64,000 nucleotides of DNA, taken from Ignavibacteria bacterium. GTDB lineage: Bacteria > Bacteroidota > Ignavibacteria > UBA10030 > SZUA-254. The position numbers and the translations under genes are program-made. The stretch's first letter is position 1, and every line of letters begins with the position of its first letter. The notes below the pieces were generated by a model that worked only from the letters and a program-made list of their open reading frames with translations, did not search any database and had not been told where the DNA came from. Shown piece by piece: positions 51,301-59,363 of this stretch. Location of the stretch: contig JACOSY010000014.1 of the NCBI GenBank assembly GCA_016178595.1, positions 4,256 to 68,255 on the forward strand, read 5' to 3'.

Positions 51301-52355
51301 GCTATCTACCTTCTTTGACTTTGAGCCAAGGAGTTGGATACTGGTTGAGATTCGATGTAAACCGGAAAGTGAATTTGACCGGCGTTGCAGTTGCGGCGGA
51401 ATCGGTCGATGTAGCTGACGGCTGGAATCTGATCGGATCGGTGTCATCGAAGATTCCTGCCTCGGCTCTCGCAGGGATTGGAACGAATGTACTCTCCCGG
51501 ATATTTGGATTCGATGGAAGTTACATCGCTGTTGATAGCATTGAGCCGGGAAAAGGCGTTTGGGTGAAGTGCGATGCACCCGGAAAGCTTGTCTTCTCAT
51601 CGGCGACTGGCATGATCCCATCTACATTGTCAAGAACTGCTGCGTACGATATGAAAGAATTTGACAAACTCGTCTTTACAGATGCCGATGGTGATCGACA
51701 GACATTATACCTCGGTGCGAATAGTGGCAGCGAAGTCGCTCTTGATCAATTTGCCCTTCCACCTTTTCCTCCTGCGAATGGTTTTGATGTCCGCTTCGAA
51801 GGTAATCGGATGTTGGAACTTTACCATCCTAACTCATTTTCGCAACAGATGTTTAAGATTATGATTCAAAGTCAAAGATATCCGATTACAGTTCGATGGG
51901 AAAGAGGCGCCGGGCCAACACAACGAATTTCACTGCGGAGTGTGAAAGGCGATCTTCTTGCAACGTCATCAGACTTGAATCGGTCCGGCACCTTCCGACT
52001 ATTAGACGATCGGGTGACATCGCTCGTAGTGAAAGTTCAGGATGCCAACCGGATTCCGGAGCAGGTGGTATTGTTTGAAAACTATCCGAATCCGTTCAAT
52101 CCTTCTACGAGGATTCGATTTGATCTACCGACAGAATCATTCGTAAGCCTGAAAATATTCAACACATTAGGACAGGAGGTCACGACTATCATTGACAACA
52201 GGCTTATGGAAGAGGGATTGCAGGAGGCTGAGTTCGACGCAGGATCTTTGTCGGCAGGTGTGTACGTATATCGGCTGACGGTAATTCCTCGTACTCAAGA
52301 GTCTGTATCAGCTATTCCTGTCATCACGTCGAAGAAGATGATTCTCTTGAAATAA
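45339..52355 (+). CDS. Giant (2338 aa) secreted multi-domain protein: N-terminal beta-rich domain, ~12 putative Ig (He_PIG-like) repeats, duplicated ~330-aa module, GWNLI-type domain, T9SS CTD
   Basis: Start refined to MMAFCYRRLC (in frame with 45237). Repeated CPTITLSP..GTVG.AYNQ.ITASGG..PY.F units. CTD NYPNPFNPS...KIFNTLGQE...GVYVYRL. Confidence 0.85.
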   Translation: MMAFCYRRLCILCAFIVIFLMTICTYAQNSSEEIIGTPWIGGRGVALSTSEIMARARELNARGVQQPVRKHPEHEVDRKHLPLNPFSPNVSQWPPRPIEQKSTQESGVLAPQTLSTNFTGVTLADAGAFPPDGMGAIGPTQFIVDVNGRIRSFDKSTGIADGVLDVNTDVFFSSVMTPPLATNFTSDPRIRYDRLSGQWMAIMIDVPGGSGTQPNRILLAVSNTSTITLSTVWTYFYFRQDSVLPLGNANQFADYPTLGIDNNALYIGCNMFNSSGAFTGTTGFVVRKSSILGAGPIVVTAFRGLVSSASAAGPYTPQGVDNFDPSATEGYFIGVDNATFGTLMLRRVSNPGTTPSISSNISLTVLTTTFPVTVPHLGNTQGTSGELDALDDRLFAAVIRNGHLWTAHNIRVSNTGSVSGTTSRDAARWYDITNLGTTPSLTQSGTVYAATAANDTLQRNYWIPSVMVSGQGHVALGFSTAGVSEHANAGTVGRLSGDATGTMQTPLLYTASSTAYNPSSDPGGTSGRRWGDYSYTSLDPSDDMTMWTIQEFCDATNSWGCRVAKLLAPLPATPSATAPSSITTGTTVNVTVTGTSASGSGFFDPGTGFTNRLAASVNGGGVTVNSVTYTNPTSLTLNITVASNATAGGRTITATNPDGQSATSTSAILTINSGSCPTITLSPTTVPNGTVGTSYNQTITASGGTSPYTFAVTSGSLPAGLSLSSGGVISGTPTTAGNSNFTITATDGSGNNCTGSQSYSLTINAAVVTDIALTSLGSTYAQDFNTLASSGSSNTWTDNSTIPGWFASTTTYAASTGSSTTGALYSFGSSGSTERALGSLVTNGTGEISYGARFVNQTGSTITSLAISYTGEQWRNNGNTTAQTLAFQYQVANAGVLTSITSGTWTNFSSLDFTSPIHTSSASSLDGNSAANRTALSATLSVTAANGQEVWVRWRDVNDAGNDHGLAVDDFSLTPNGVSPTNPAVVGAANPSTVTAGNTTLLTGTVTPGTNPSSTGLAVTGDLSSIGGSATQQFYDDATHGDVTSGDNMFSFSATVALATTAGAKTLPLTVTDVQSRNGSGSISLTVTSPSCPTITLSPSTLPNGTVGTAYNQTITASGGTSPYTFAVTVGTLPAGLSLSTGGILSGTPTTSGTSNFTVTATDANTCTGLQAYSLIIDAAPPSGSISLTALGSPYTQDFNTLANTGTSSTVPTGWAFSEAGANANGVYSAGTGSSTSGDTWSFGPTSSSERAFGGLQSGSLNPTIGANFTNNTGSTIVSLAISYAGEEWRLGTRSRFDSLRFQLSINATSLTTGTWTAYGVLDLRTPDTSGAAGSRDGNTIRSTISSTISGFSISNGSTFWIRWTDVDATGSDDGLAVDDFSLTPNGASPTNPSGTGAANPSTVAAGNSALLTVTVAPGTNPASTGLTVTGDLSSIGGSATQQFFDDGSHGDVTTGDNVFSFQATVTVGTTAGAKTLSISIGDAQSRSGSTTISLTVQTTCPTITLTAPPLASGTVGVAYNQLIQASGGTAPYSFAKTSGTLPAGLTLNANGSLTGTPTAAGAPSSTITATDSLGCTGNNSYTITISCPTIALSPSSLPDGSVGSSYNQTLSASGGRSPYSFAVTSGLLPGGMTLSSSGTLSGIASASGNFSFTVTATDSFGCMGSQTYTIIMSCPSITVSPSSLPGATNGTPYSQLVTATGGTTPYTFSVTSGSLPTGISLSSAGSLSGTPTVTGSFDFTIRAIDSSGCTGTRQYSIIVSSPGCPTITLSPSILPDGTSGTAYNHLITASGGAAPYSFGVLSGSLPPGISLSTSGNLSGIPTASGDYSFTISATDNLGCVGTRGYNLAVAQGCPIIVVAPTTIPNGIVGVAYAETLSASGGIAPYVYSLGSGSIPGGLTLSSTGILSGTPNGVDSTSFTVAVIDMNGCPGTKQYSIKILPNPLTSISVSVKDRWNLVSNPLKTNNDSVAFLFAGATSQAFANIPGSGYLPSLTLSQGVGYWLRFDVNRKVNLTGVAVAAESVDVADGWNLIGSVSSKIPASALAGIGTNVLSRIFGFDGSYIAVDSIEPGKGVWVKCDAPGKLVFSSATGMIPSTLSRTAAYDMKEFDKLVFTDADGDRQTLYLGANSGSEVALDQFALPPFPPANGFDVRFEGNRMLELYHPNSFSQQMFKIMIQSQRYPITVRWERGAGPTQRISLRSVKGDLLATSSDLNRSGTFRLLDDRVTSLVVKVQDANRIPEQVVLFENYPNPFNPSTRIRFDLPTESFVSLKIFNTLGQEVTTIIDNRLMEEGLQEAEFDAGSLSAGVYVYRLTVIPRTQESVSAIPVITSKKMILLK

Positions 52356-52383
52356 CAGTTCGTTTCATTATGGAAGCAACAGA

Positions 52384-52423
52384 GAAAGCCTTTCGCTCTT
52401 CATGAAAGGCTTTCGTATTTTTG
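52384..52423 (+). terminator. Rho-independent terminator after the giant T9SS gene
   Basis: gaaagcctttc-gctcttcat-gaaaggctttc hairpin followed by a T run (gtattttt). Confidence 0.65.
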
Positions 52424-52480
52424 CCATCGCCTCATGCAAAGTCAGTTTGAATTGTCGATCCAATTTCGTATCCTTGCATC

Positions 52481-53203
52481 GTGGATATCCAGGTAGGAAA
52501 TATACGGGAGAAGATTCTTGAGGGCGTTCTGTGGTACCTTGCGTTCCTCTTCTCCACGACTCTTCACGAAGCTTCACACGCCTTTACCGCAATGAAGCTT
52601 GGCGACTTGACGGCCTATCAGGGGGGACATGTTACGCTCGATCCTATTCCTCACGTTCGCAGGGAACCGATTGGAACTGTCGTCGTCCCGATTCTTTCGT
52701 ACATCTTCGGTGGCTGGATGATTGGGTGGGCGAGCATTCCCTACGATCCCGAGTGGGCGCTCACCTATCCCCGGCGTGCAGCGATCATGTCGCTTGCCGG
52801 ACCGCTCGCCAATTTTGCGCTCGTTCTTCTCACGGCGATACTCATTCGAACAGGCATGGCATTCGGCATTTTATTTCCGCCGGAATCGATCAACTTTACC
52901 CATGTAACGGCTGCGACTCATCACGGGTTCTTTGAGCCGGTTGCAATGTTTCTCAGCATCCTTTTCTCACTGAACTTACTTCTCTTCCTGTTCAATCTTT
53001 TACCGGTTCCGCCGTTGGATGGAAGCGGCATTGCTCCTATTTTTATGGGTGAGGAGCAAGCTCGACGCTATCTCGTCTTCGTCCGAAATTCTTCGTTTGC
53101 CTTTTTTGGTTTGCTCGTTGCGTGGAATCTCTTCGGTTACATCTACAGCCCGATTCACCTCATTGCGATCAATTTATTGTATCCGGGGTCCCATTACCGA
53201 TAG
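52481..53203 (+). CDS. Site-2 protease family (M50) zinc metalloprotease
   Basis: HEASHA (HExxH) inside a TM helix. Polytopic membrane protein. Confidence 0.7.
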   Translation: MDIQVGNIREKILEGVLWYLAFLFSTTLHEASHAFTAMKLGDLTAYQGGHVTLDPIPHVRREPIGTVVVPILSYIFGGWMIGWASIPYDPEWALTYPRRAAIMSLAGPLANFALVLLTAILIRTGMAFGILFPPESINFTHVTAATHHGFFEPVAMFLSILFSLNLLLFLFNLLPVPPLDGSGIAPIFMGEEQARRYLVFVRNSSFAFFGLLVAWNLFGYIYSPIHLIAINLLYPGSHYR

Positions 53204-53275
53204 GCTTCCGTACGTTGCTTTGAAAGAATTGCCGGAATTCGTATCTTGCAAGCACGATCATGGTAAAGGAGCGAC

Positions 53276-54937
53276 ATGAGCACAAACCATAATGAAATTC
53301 GGACGGAGAAGAAGAAATGGGCGGAAAAGGCGAACCGCTCGCAGACGCTGCCGATGAAGTTCACAACAGTGTCCGGCGAACCCATCAACATGCTCTACAC
53401 GCCGGATGACATTGCTCATCTCAATTACCTCACTGACATTGGCTTTCCCGGAGAGTTCCCGTACACTCGCGGCATTCACAGCACGATGTATCGCGGCAAG
53501 ATGTGGACGATGCGTCAGTTTGCCGGCTTTGGAACTCCTGAAGATACGAACAAGCGCTATCACTATCTGCTGAACCACGGCCAGCACGGTCTTTCTGTCG
53601 CGTTCGATCTTCCAACACTGATGGGACGCGATGCCGATGATCCCCAGTCGGAAGGAGAAGTCGGAATATGCGGTGTGGCTATCAGCTCGCTTGCCGATAT
53701 GGAAATCCTCTTCAAAGGAATTCATCTCGCTGATATCTCGACCTCCATGACGATTAACGCTCCGGCAGCGATGCTGCTGGCGTTCTACATTGCTGTTGCG
53801 GAAAAGCAAGGTGCGCAGCCCCAACAGTTGCGCGGGACAATTCAGGCGGACATCCTCAAGGAATATATCGCGCAGAAAGAGTGGATCTATCCGCCACATC
53901 CATCCATGCGAATTATCACCGACATGTTCGAGTACTGCACTCGCGAGATGCAGCAGTGGAATCCGATCTCTGTGAGCGGCTATCATATCCGCGAGGCGGG
54001 ATCGACCGCAGTGCAGGAGCTTGCCTTCACACTTGCCGATGGCTTCGCGTACATGGAAGCAGGAATAGCGAAGGGACTCGCCATCGACGATTTTGCGCCG
54101 CACATTTCGTTCTTTTTCAATTCCCATATCGACTTCTTCGAGGAGATCGCGAAGTATCGCGCCGCCCGGCGCATCTATGCCCGGCGCATGCGTGACAAGT
54201 ACGGCGCGAAGAATCCACGCTCGTGGATGCTTCGATTCCATACGCAGACGGCGGGATGTTCTTTGACTGCACAACAGCCGGAGAACAACATCGTCCGGAC
54301 AGCGTACGAGGCGCTTGCCGGCGTCCTTGGCGGTACGCAGTCGCTCCACACAAACTCGATGGATGAGACGCTCGCTCTTCCATCCGAGAAGGCAGTGAAG
54401 ATTGCACTCCGCACACAGCAAATCATCGCGTACGAGACAGGCGTTGCTAACACCGTCGATCCGCTGGCCGGCAGCTATTTCGTCGAGGCATTGACGGATA
54501 AAATGGAGAAAGAAGCCGAGGCGTACTTCGAGAAGATCGATGCTCTCGGCGGAGTCATACCGGCGATTGAGGCGGGATTTTTCCAGCGCGAGATTGCCGA
54601 TGCTGCGTATCGATATCAGCAAGAGCTTGACCGGAAGGAGAAGATCATCGTTGGCGTGAACGATTTCATCGAAGAGAACGAGAAAATCGAAATTCCTCTC
54701 CTCCAGATATCACCCGAAGTCGAGATCAAGCAGCGCAAACGAATCGAGGAAGTTCGTGCGAGCCGCGATGATCAAAAAGTGATCGATACACTTGATGCAT
54801 TGAGGATAGCTGCTGAAGATGGATTGAATCTCATACCGCGGCTCCTCGATTGCACGCGTGCGTACGTGACGCTGGGGGAAATGTGCAACGCACTGGCCGA
54901 GGTGTTCGGCGTCTACGAAGAACCAGCCGTCTTCTAA
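53276..54937 (+). CDS. Methylmalonyl-CoA mutase family, catalytic (N-terminal TIM-barrel) subunit only
   Basis: 553 aa with high similarity to the MCM/ICM large-subunit substrate-binding domain ([26 protein letters not shown]). No B12-binding domain fused or adjacent. Confidence 0.8.
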   Translation: MSTNHNEIRTEKKKWAEKANRSQTLPMKFTTVSGEPINMLYTPDDIAHLNYLTDIGFPGEFPYTRGIHSTMYRGKMWTMRQFAGFGTPEDTNKRYHYLLNHGQHGLSVAFDLPTLMGRDADDPQSEGEVGICGVAISSLADMEILFKGIHLADISTSMTINAPAAMLLAFYIAVAEKQGAQPQQLRGTIQADILKEYIAQKEWIYPPHPSMRIITDMFEYCTREMQQWNPISVSGYHIREAGSTAVQELAFTLADGFAYMEAGIAKGLAIDDFAPHISFFFNSHIDFFEEIAKYRAARRIYARRMRDKYGAKNPRSWMLRFHTQTAGCSLTAQQPENNIVRTAYEALAGVLGGTQSLHTNSMDETLALPSEKAVKIALRTQQIIAYETGVANTVDPLAGSYFVEALTDKMEKEAEAYFEKIDALGGVIPAIEAGFFQREIADAAYRYQQELDRKEKIIVGVNDFIEENEKIEIPLLQISPEVEIKQRKRIEEVRASRDDQKVIDTLDALRIAAEDGLNLIPRLLDCTRAYVTLGEMCNALAEVFGVYEEPAVF

Positions 54938-54939
54938 AC

Positions 54940-55821
54940 TTGTTGACTCAACTTCGCTACATCGCAGCCTCGATGAGGCTGCAGCAGTGGATCAAGAACT
55001 TCTTTCTGTTCGCGGCGCTCGTTTTCTCCGGCAACTTGTTCAATCTTGTCGATGTCTACCGCGTCTTCATCGGCTTTCTCTTCTTCTCAGGCGTAGCAAG
55101 CGGCATCTATATCTTCAATGACATCGCCGACCTCGGGAACGACAAGCTTCATCCCACCAAATCGCGGCGACCACTCCCATCGGGCAAACTGAGCGTTCGG
55201 ACCGCACGCGTTGCTTCGTTCGTCCTTCTCGCGCTTGGCGTATTTGGCGGTTATATACTTGATCCATCCTTCGCGATCATACTCGCCGTGTATCTTGTGC
55301 TCAACATTCTCTATTCGTTCAAGCTCAAACATGTCGTTATCCTGGATGTCATGACTGTTTCCGCGGGCTTCGTGCTGCGTGTAATCGCCGGGGCAGTGCT
55401 CATCAATGTCCCGACGTCGGAGTGGCTTATCGTCTGCACCATTCTGCTGTCGCTCTTTCTTGGATTCAGCAAACGCAGGCATGAGCTAACGATCCTTGAG
55501 ACTCAAGCGAATACGCACCGATCGGTGCTCGAGCACTATAACCCGTACTTTCTCGATCAGATGATCGGGATTGTCACCGCCTCGACCGTCATGTCCTACA
55601 CTCTCTACACGATCTCCGACGAAACCGTGCGGAAGTATGGAACCAATCGTCTCATCTACACCGTGCCGTTTGTGCTTTATGGTATTTTTCGTTATTTATA
55701 TTTAGTTCACAAGCGTGTTGAAGGAGGGAATCCGACCAAGATTGCTTTGACGGATCTGCCGCTGCTTGCGAACATTGTACTGTGGATTCTCACAGCAAGC
55801 ATTATCATTTACGGACGTTAA
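54940..55821 (+). CDS. UbiA-family prenyltransferase, decaprenyl-phosphate phosphoribosyltransferase (DPPRS)-like
   Basis: NDIADLGNDKLHPTKSRRPLPSG motif. ~8 TM segments. Start tentatively the TTG at 54940 directly after the mutase stop; alternative ATG at 54973. Confidence 0.65.
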   Translation: MLTQLRYIAASMRLQQWIKNFFLFAALVFSGNLFNLVDVYRVFIGFLFFSGVASGIYIFNDIADLGNDKLHPTKSRRPLPSGKLSVRTARVASFVLLALGVFGGYILDPSFAIILAVYLVLNILYSFKLKHVVILDVMTVSAGFVLRVIAGAVLINVPTSEWLIVCTILLSLFLGFSKRRHELTILETQANTHRSVLEHYNPYFLDQMIGIVTASTVMSYTLYTISDETVRKYGTNRLIYTVPFVLYGIFRYLYLVHKRVEGGNPTKIALTDLPLLANIVLWILTASIIIYGR

Positions 55822-55826
55822 GGGCT

Positions 55827-56954
55827 ATGGTAAAATCGAAAGTTGCAGTTCTCAAGACCCGGCCTGCTACGATTCTTGAAGATGTGGAACGCCTCATGAA
55901 GATGGGAGGAATGGAAGAAGCGCTCCGAAAAGACGTGTCCACCATTCTGAAGGATAATATCTCCTGGCATTTTCCATTTCCTGCCGCAAACACAACGCCG
56001 TGGCAAATGGAAGGAACAATTCTCGCGCTGCGAAACGCCGGCTACAACGATCTCGTCTGCGTGCAGAACAAGACTGTCGTAACGAACACCTTCAAGGGCG
56101 AAGACCTCAATAACTATGTTCCGATCTTCAAGCGCTACGCTATCCCGGTTCTCTACAATTTCCGCGAGAGCGACATGCGATGGATTACCTATGCGCCGAA
56201 GACGAAGATGCACGTCCTCGATAAGATTTATCCGGAAGGAATAACGATTCCCGATTACTTCCTCGGCAAGAATATCGTTCACCTGCCGACTGTCAAGTGC
56301 CACATCTACACGACGACGACCGGTGCGATGAAGAATGCATTCGGCGGATTGTTGAATACCAAACGACACTACACGCATAGCTGGATTCACAAGACGCTTG
56401 TCGATTTGCTTGCGATCCAGAAGGAAATTCACTCAGGCATTTTTGCCGTGATGGATGGAACGACCGCCGGTAATGGCCCCGGCCCGCGCACGATGTTCCC
56501 GGTTGTGAAGGACTATATGCTTGCCAGCGCCGATCAGGTCGCCATCGACGCCGTTGCGGCGAAGATGATGGGTTTCGATCCGATGAGCATCGAGTATATC
56601 AACGTCGCGCATCAGGATAAACTTGGCGTCGGTGATGTGAGAGATATCGAGATCGTTGGCGCGGATATCTCGAACGAATCGTGGGGATTCACCGTCGGCA
56701 ACAACGGCGTCAGTCTCTTCGGTAATCTCGCGTGGTTTGGTCCACTCAAAGGCATGCAGAAACTGTTCTTCCACACGCCGATGGTTCATGCGTTCATTCT
56801 CGGTTCCGAAGCGTATCACGATTACTATCGCTGGCCGCTGAAGGACCGGAAGACGTTTGAGGATTGGAGGAAGAACACCCATTGGGGACAGCTCTTCCGA
56901 CAATATGAAAGTGGGGAAGTGTGGGAGGAAAGAGCAGTGAGCGTAGAGCATTGA
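55827..56954 (+). CDS. DUF362 domain protein
   Basis: VKCHIYTTTTGAMKNAFGGLL hallmark of DUF362. Start refined to MVKSKVAVL. Confidence 0.65.
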   Translation: MVKSKVAVLKTRPATILEDVERLMKMGGMEEALRKDVSTILKDNISWHFPFPAANTTPWQMEGTILALRNAGYNDLVCVQNKTVVTNTFKGEDLNNYVPIFKRYAIPVLYNFRESDMRWITYAPKTKMHVLDKIYPEGITIPDYFLGKNIVHLPTVKCHIYTTTTGAMKNAFGGLLNTKRHYTHSWIHKTLVDLLAIQKEIHSGIFAVMDGTTAGNGPGPRTMFPVVKDYMLASADQVAIDAVAAKMMGFDPMSIEYINVAHQDKLGVGDVRDIEIVGADISNESWGFTVGNNGVSLFGNLAWFGPLKGMQKLFFHTPMVHAFILGSEAYHDYYRWPLKDRKTFEDWRKNTHWGQLFRQYESGEVWEERAVSVEH

Positions 56955-57100
56955 GTTTAGAGCATAGGGCGGAAGAAGCAAAGTACTCATGACCGATGAC
57001 ATTCTTGCGATTCGTTATCTGTTAATCGACAACTCATAACACGTAAGCGGTACCTCCTATCCTTATTCAGCATTCTGAATTCACACTTCTAAAATCCTCC

Positions 57101-58003
57101 TTGTCTTCCCAACGTCGCGCAGAACTTTTTCTTCTCTCGATTACGATCATCTGGGGAAGCACATTCGTCATCACCAAATCGCTGCTCGAGGCGTACCCTC
57201 CTTATCTGTATACTGCCGTCAGGTTCCTGCTCTCCGCGCTGATTCTGGTTCCGTTCTTTGCCAAGCGTATTCGTGCTACGACACGCTCGGCGATTCGGCA
57301 TGGCATCGTGCTTGGGATATTTCTGTTCATTGGGTTTGTTACCCAAACTGTCGGATTGAAGTACACGACGGCGTCGAAGTCGGCGTTCTTCACCGGCATG
57401 CTCACCGTCCTGACGCCGATTGTGCACGTTATCGCGCAGAAGTACTTGCCGCTGCAGCACCGTGCGATCAGGGTTGGAAACATACTCGGGGTTGCGCTTG
57501 CCGGACTTGGCTTGTATCTGCTGACCTCGCCTGTGGGCGGCAGCTTCAATGTCGGTGACGGACTGACGCTCATCTGTGCGCTCATGTTTGCTTGCTACAT
57601 CGTCTACCTCGACTATGCGTCATCGGAGCCGGACATGATACAGATAACGTTCGTTATGTTCCTCGTCTGCGGATTGCTTGCTTCCGTCTTTGCGCTCGGC
57701 GAGGAAGGAGTAGCGGTCGATTTCTCAACGAAGTACATTCTTGCGATGCTGTACCTTATCGTCTTTGCAACCGTTATTACGATGGCTCTGCAAAACCGTT
57801 ACCAGGGCGACACGACTCCGACGCGTACAGCGGTTATCTTTGCGATCGAGCCGGTGGTTGCAGGGATTTTTGCATACGTTGTTCGCGGGGAAATGATCGG
57901 TGTTGCAGGAATGATCGGCGGCGGGATGATTCTTCTCGGACTCTTTGCCTCGGAGTTCTCTGATGCTGTGCCGGTACTGCGGAGGAACGTCACGGGGATG
58001 TAG
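57101..58003 (+). CDS. EamA/DMT-superfamily transporter
   Basis: 10 TM segments. Two EamA repeats. Confidence 0.75.
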   Translation: MSSQRRAELFLLSITIIWGSTFVITKSLLEAYPPYLYTAVRFLLSALILVPFFAKRIRATTRSAIRHGIVLGIFLFIGFVTQTVGLKYTTASKSAFFTGMLTVLTPIVHVIAQKYLPLQHRAIRVGNILGVALAGLGLYLLTSPVGGSFNVGDGLTLICALMFACYIVYLDYASSEPDMIQITFVMFLVCGLLASVFALGEEGVAVDFSTKYILAMLYLIVFATVITMALQNRYQGDTTPTRTAVIFAIEPVVAGIFAYVVRGEMIGVAGMIGGGMILLGLFASEFSDAVPVLRRNVTGM

Positions 58004-58168
58004 CAAGCATTCTCACCGACATCTATCACACTCGTGTGCGGAATCATTCCACCACAAAATAACAAGGGCAGGATCGATCTGCAGATGAACCCCGCCCTTT
58101 ACTGATTACGCATTATTACTCCTTTACTCCTCCCATGTTCGTTAGGCCTGAACGGACACGGGTACACC

Positions 58169-58552
58169 CTACGCAGCGGCCTTGGTAACTGCGTTGGTCT
58201 TCGCTTTCCGCTCGGGCCGCTTGTACTCACCGGCTTTCTTGAGTCCCATCGAAGCGACTTCGTCCGAGTCTTCGCCGAACTGGACGCTCACCGCTTTCTT
58301 GGCTTGCTTCATCGCCAGGTGGAACACGCGATCGGCGGCATCTGCCGCGTCTCGCTTCGCATTCCAGGCGTCGGAGGCAAGTTTCTCCTGGGCGCGGGCG
58401 GCAATCCTTGCATCGGCGAGCGCTTGGATCGCGTCCACCTTCACATCGGGATTATTGGGGTTGTACCCTGTCATTTCTTTCAGGGCAACGAGAGAGGCCG
58501 CGTCGTCGCGGATCGTATCCTGCGGGACGGGTCTCGGTTGTTTTGTAGCCAT
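58169..58552 (-). CDS. Hypothetical small alpha-helical protein
   Basis: 127-aa ORF, Ala/Lys-rich. No recognisable family. Lies downstream of the 21-bp repeat array. Confidence 0.45.
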   Translation of the reverse strand: MATKQPRPVPQDTIRDDAASLVALKEMTGYNPNNPDVKVDAIQALADARIAARAQEKLASDAWNAKRDAADAADRVFHLAMKQAKKAVSVQFGEDSDEVASMGLKKAGEYKRPERKAKTNAVTKAAA

Positions 58553-58819
58553 TGTCTGGCTCCTATGTATTGTGATACATCAGTGATTTAAGCCCAACTT
58601 GTGCTGGGCTGCCTCCAAGGTACGGGCTGGCAGGGAAAGTCTCAAATCGCGTGTGATGCAGACAACATGTGCGGCCGCGAGATCGTTGATTTCACCGGCG
58701 CAACCGTTCTTCGCACGCCGGTAATGCTTCGAAGCGCAAATGTTTCTATCCGAAGGAGCTTTGCTAAAGAGGGAAGCAACGCATACACAGAACATGCAGC
58801 CCGTGCAAGAGAGCGTGCA

Positions 58820-59150
58820 TGCCGTGCAATCGAACGATGCAGCTCCGCAATCGAACATTGCAGCCCTGCAATCGAGCATTGCAAAGTCATGCACGGTTTC
58901 TGTTAGCTGTTGTCGGATAAGAGGTTAGCCGGGCAGGAAAAATGTACACCCTGCAATCGAAGATTGGACCCCTGCAATAAAGGGTAGCAGGGATGCAATC
59001 AAGCGTAGAAGCCAGGCAATGAACGGAGGCATCTCTGCAATACACGATGCGCGGGTTGAAATGTAACGAGGGGAACGAGCAATAGACAGGGTGCTTACTG
59101 CAATTGAGAGAGGGAGGGGTGCAGTGAACGTTGGCGACAGTTCAACTGCC
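58820..59150. promoter_or_regulatory. Array of ~16 phased 21-bp repeats with palindromic core GCAAT-N5-ATTGC (operator/iteron-like)
   Basis: GCAAT recurs at 58826, 58847, 58868, 58953, 58974, 58995, 59016, 59037, 59058 (degenerate), 59079, 59100 and 59121, with exact 21-bp phase. The best units are palindromes, e.g. ccGCAATcgaacATTGCag. Confidence 0.6.
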
Positions 59151-59363
59151 GAACAACAATGAGGTAAGTGACTGGTTTTCTACACTGGAGTGGTGGAACG
59201 AGGAGAGTCACCGTAGTAACCGATTATCGGCCAGCTCTGAACGTTCTTACAGAGATCTCGCCAGGTAAATCGTGACGGGATGACCATTCCACAAAGCGAA
59301 CTTAGCCGCGCAGAGTTTACCCCGCATGACTTCCAGCGGGGCTTGCTAAGTTCGGCGGAATCG

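Noticed and set aside
58601-58906. ORFs translating the 21-bp repeat region (RAIERCSSAIEHCSPAIEHC...)
   Set aside because: The periodic amino-acid pattern simply reflects the 21-bp DNA repeat (7 codons). It is more parsimonious as a non-coding operator array.
58820-59150. Possible CRISPR array
   Set aside because: Repeats are contiguous 21-mers with no unique spacers, and no cas genes are nearby.
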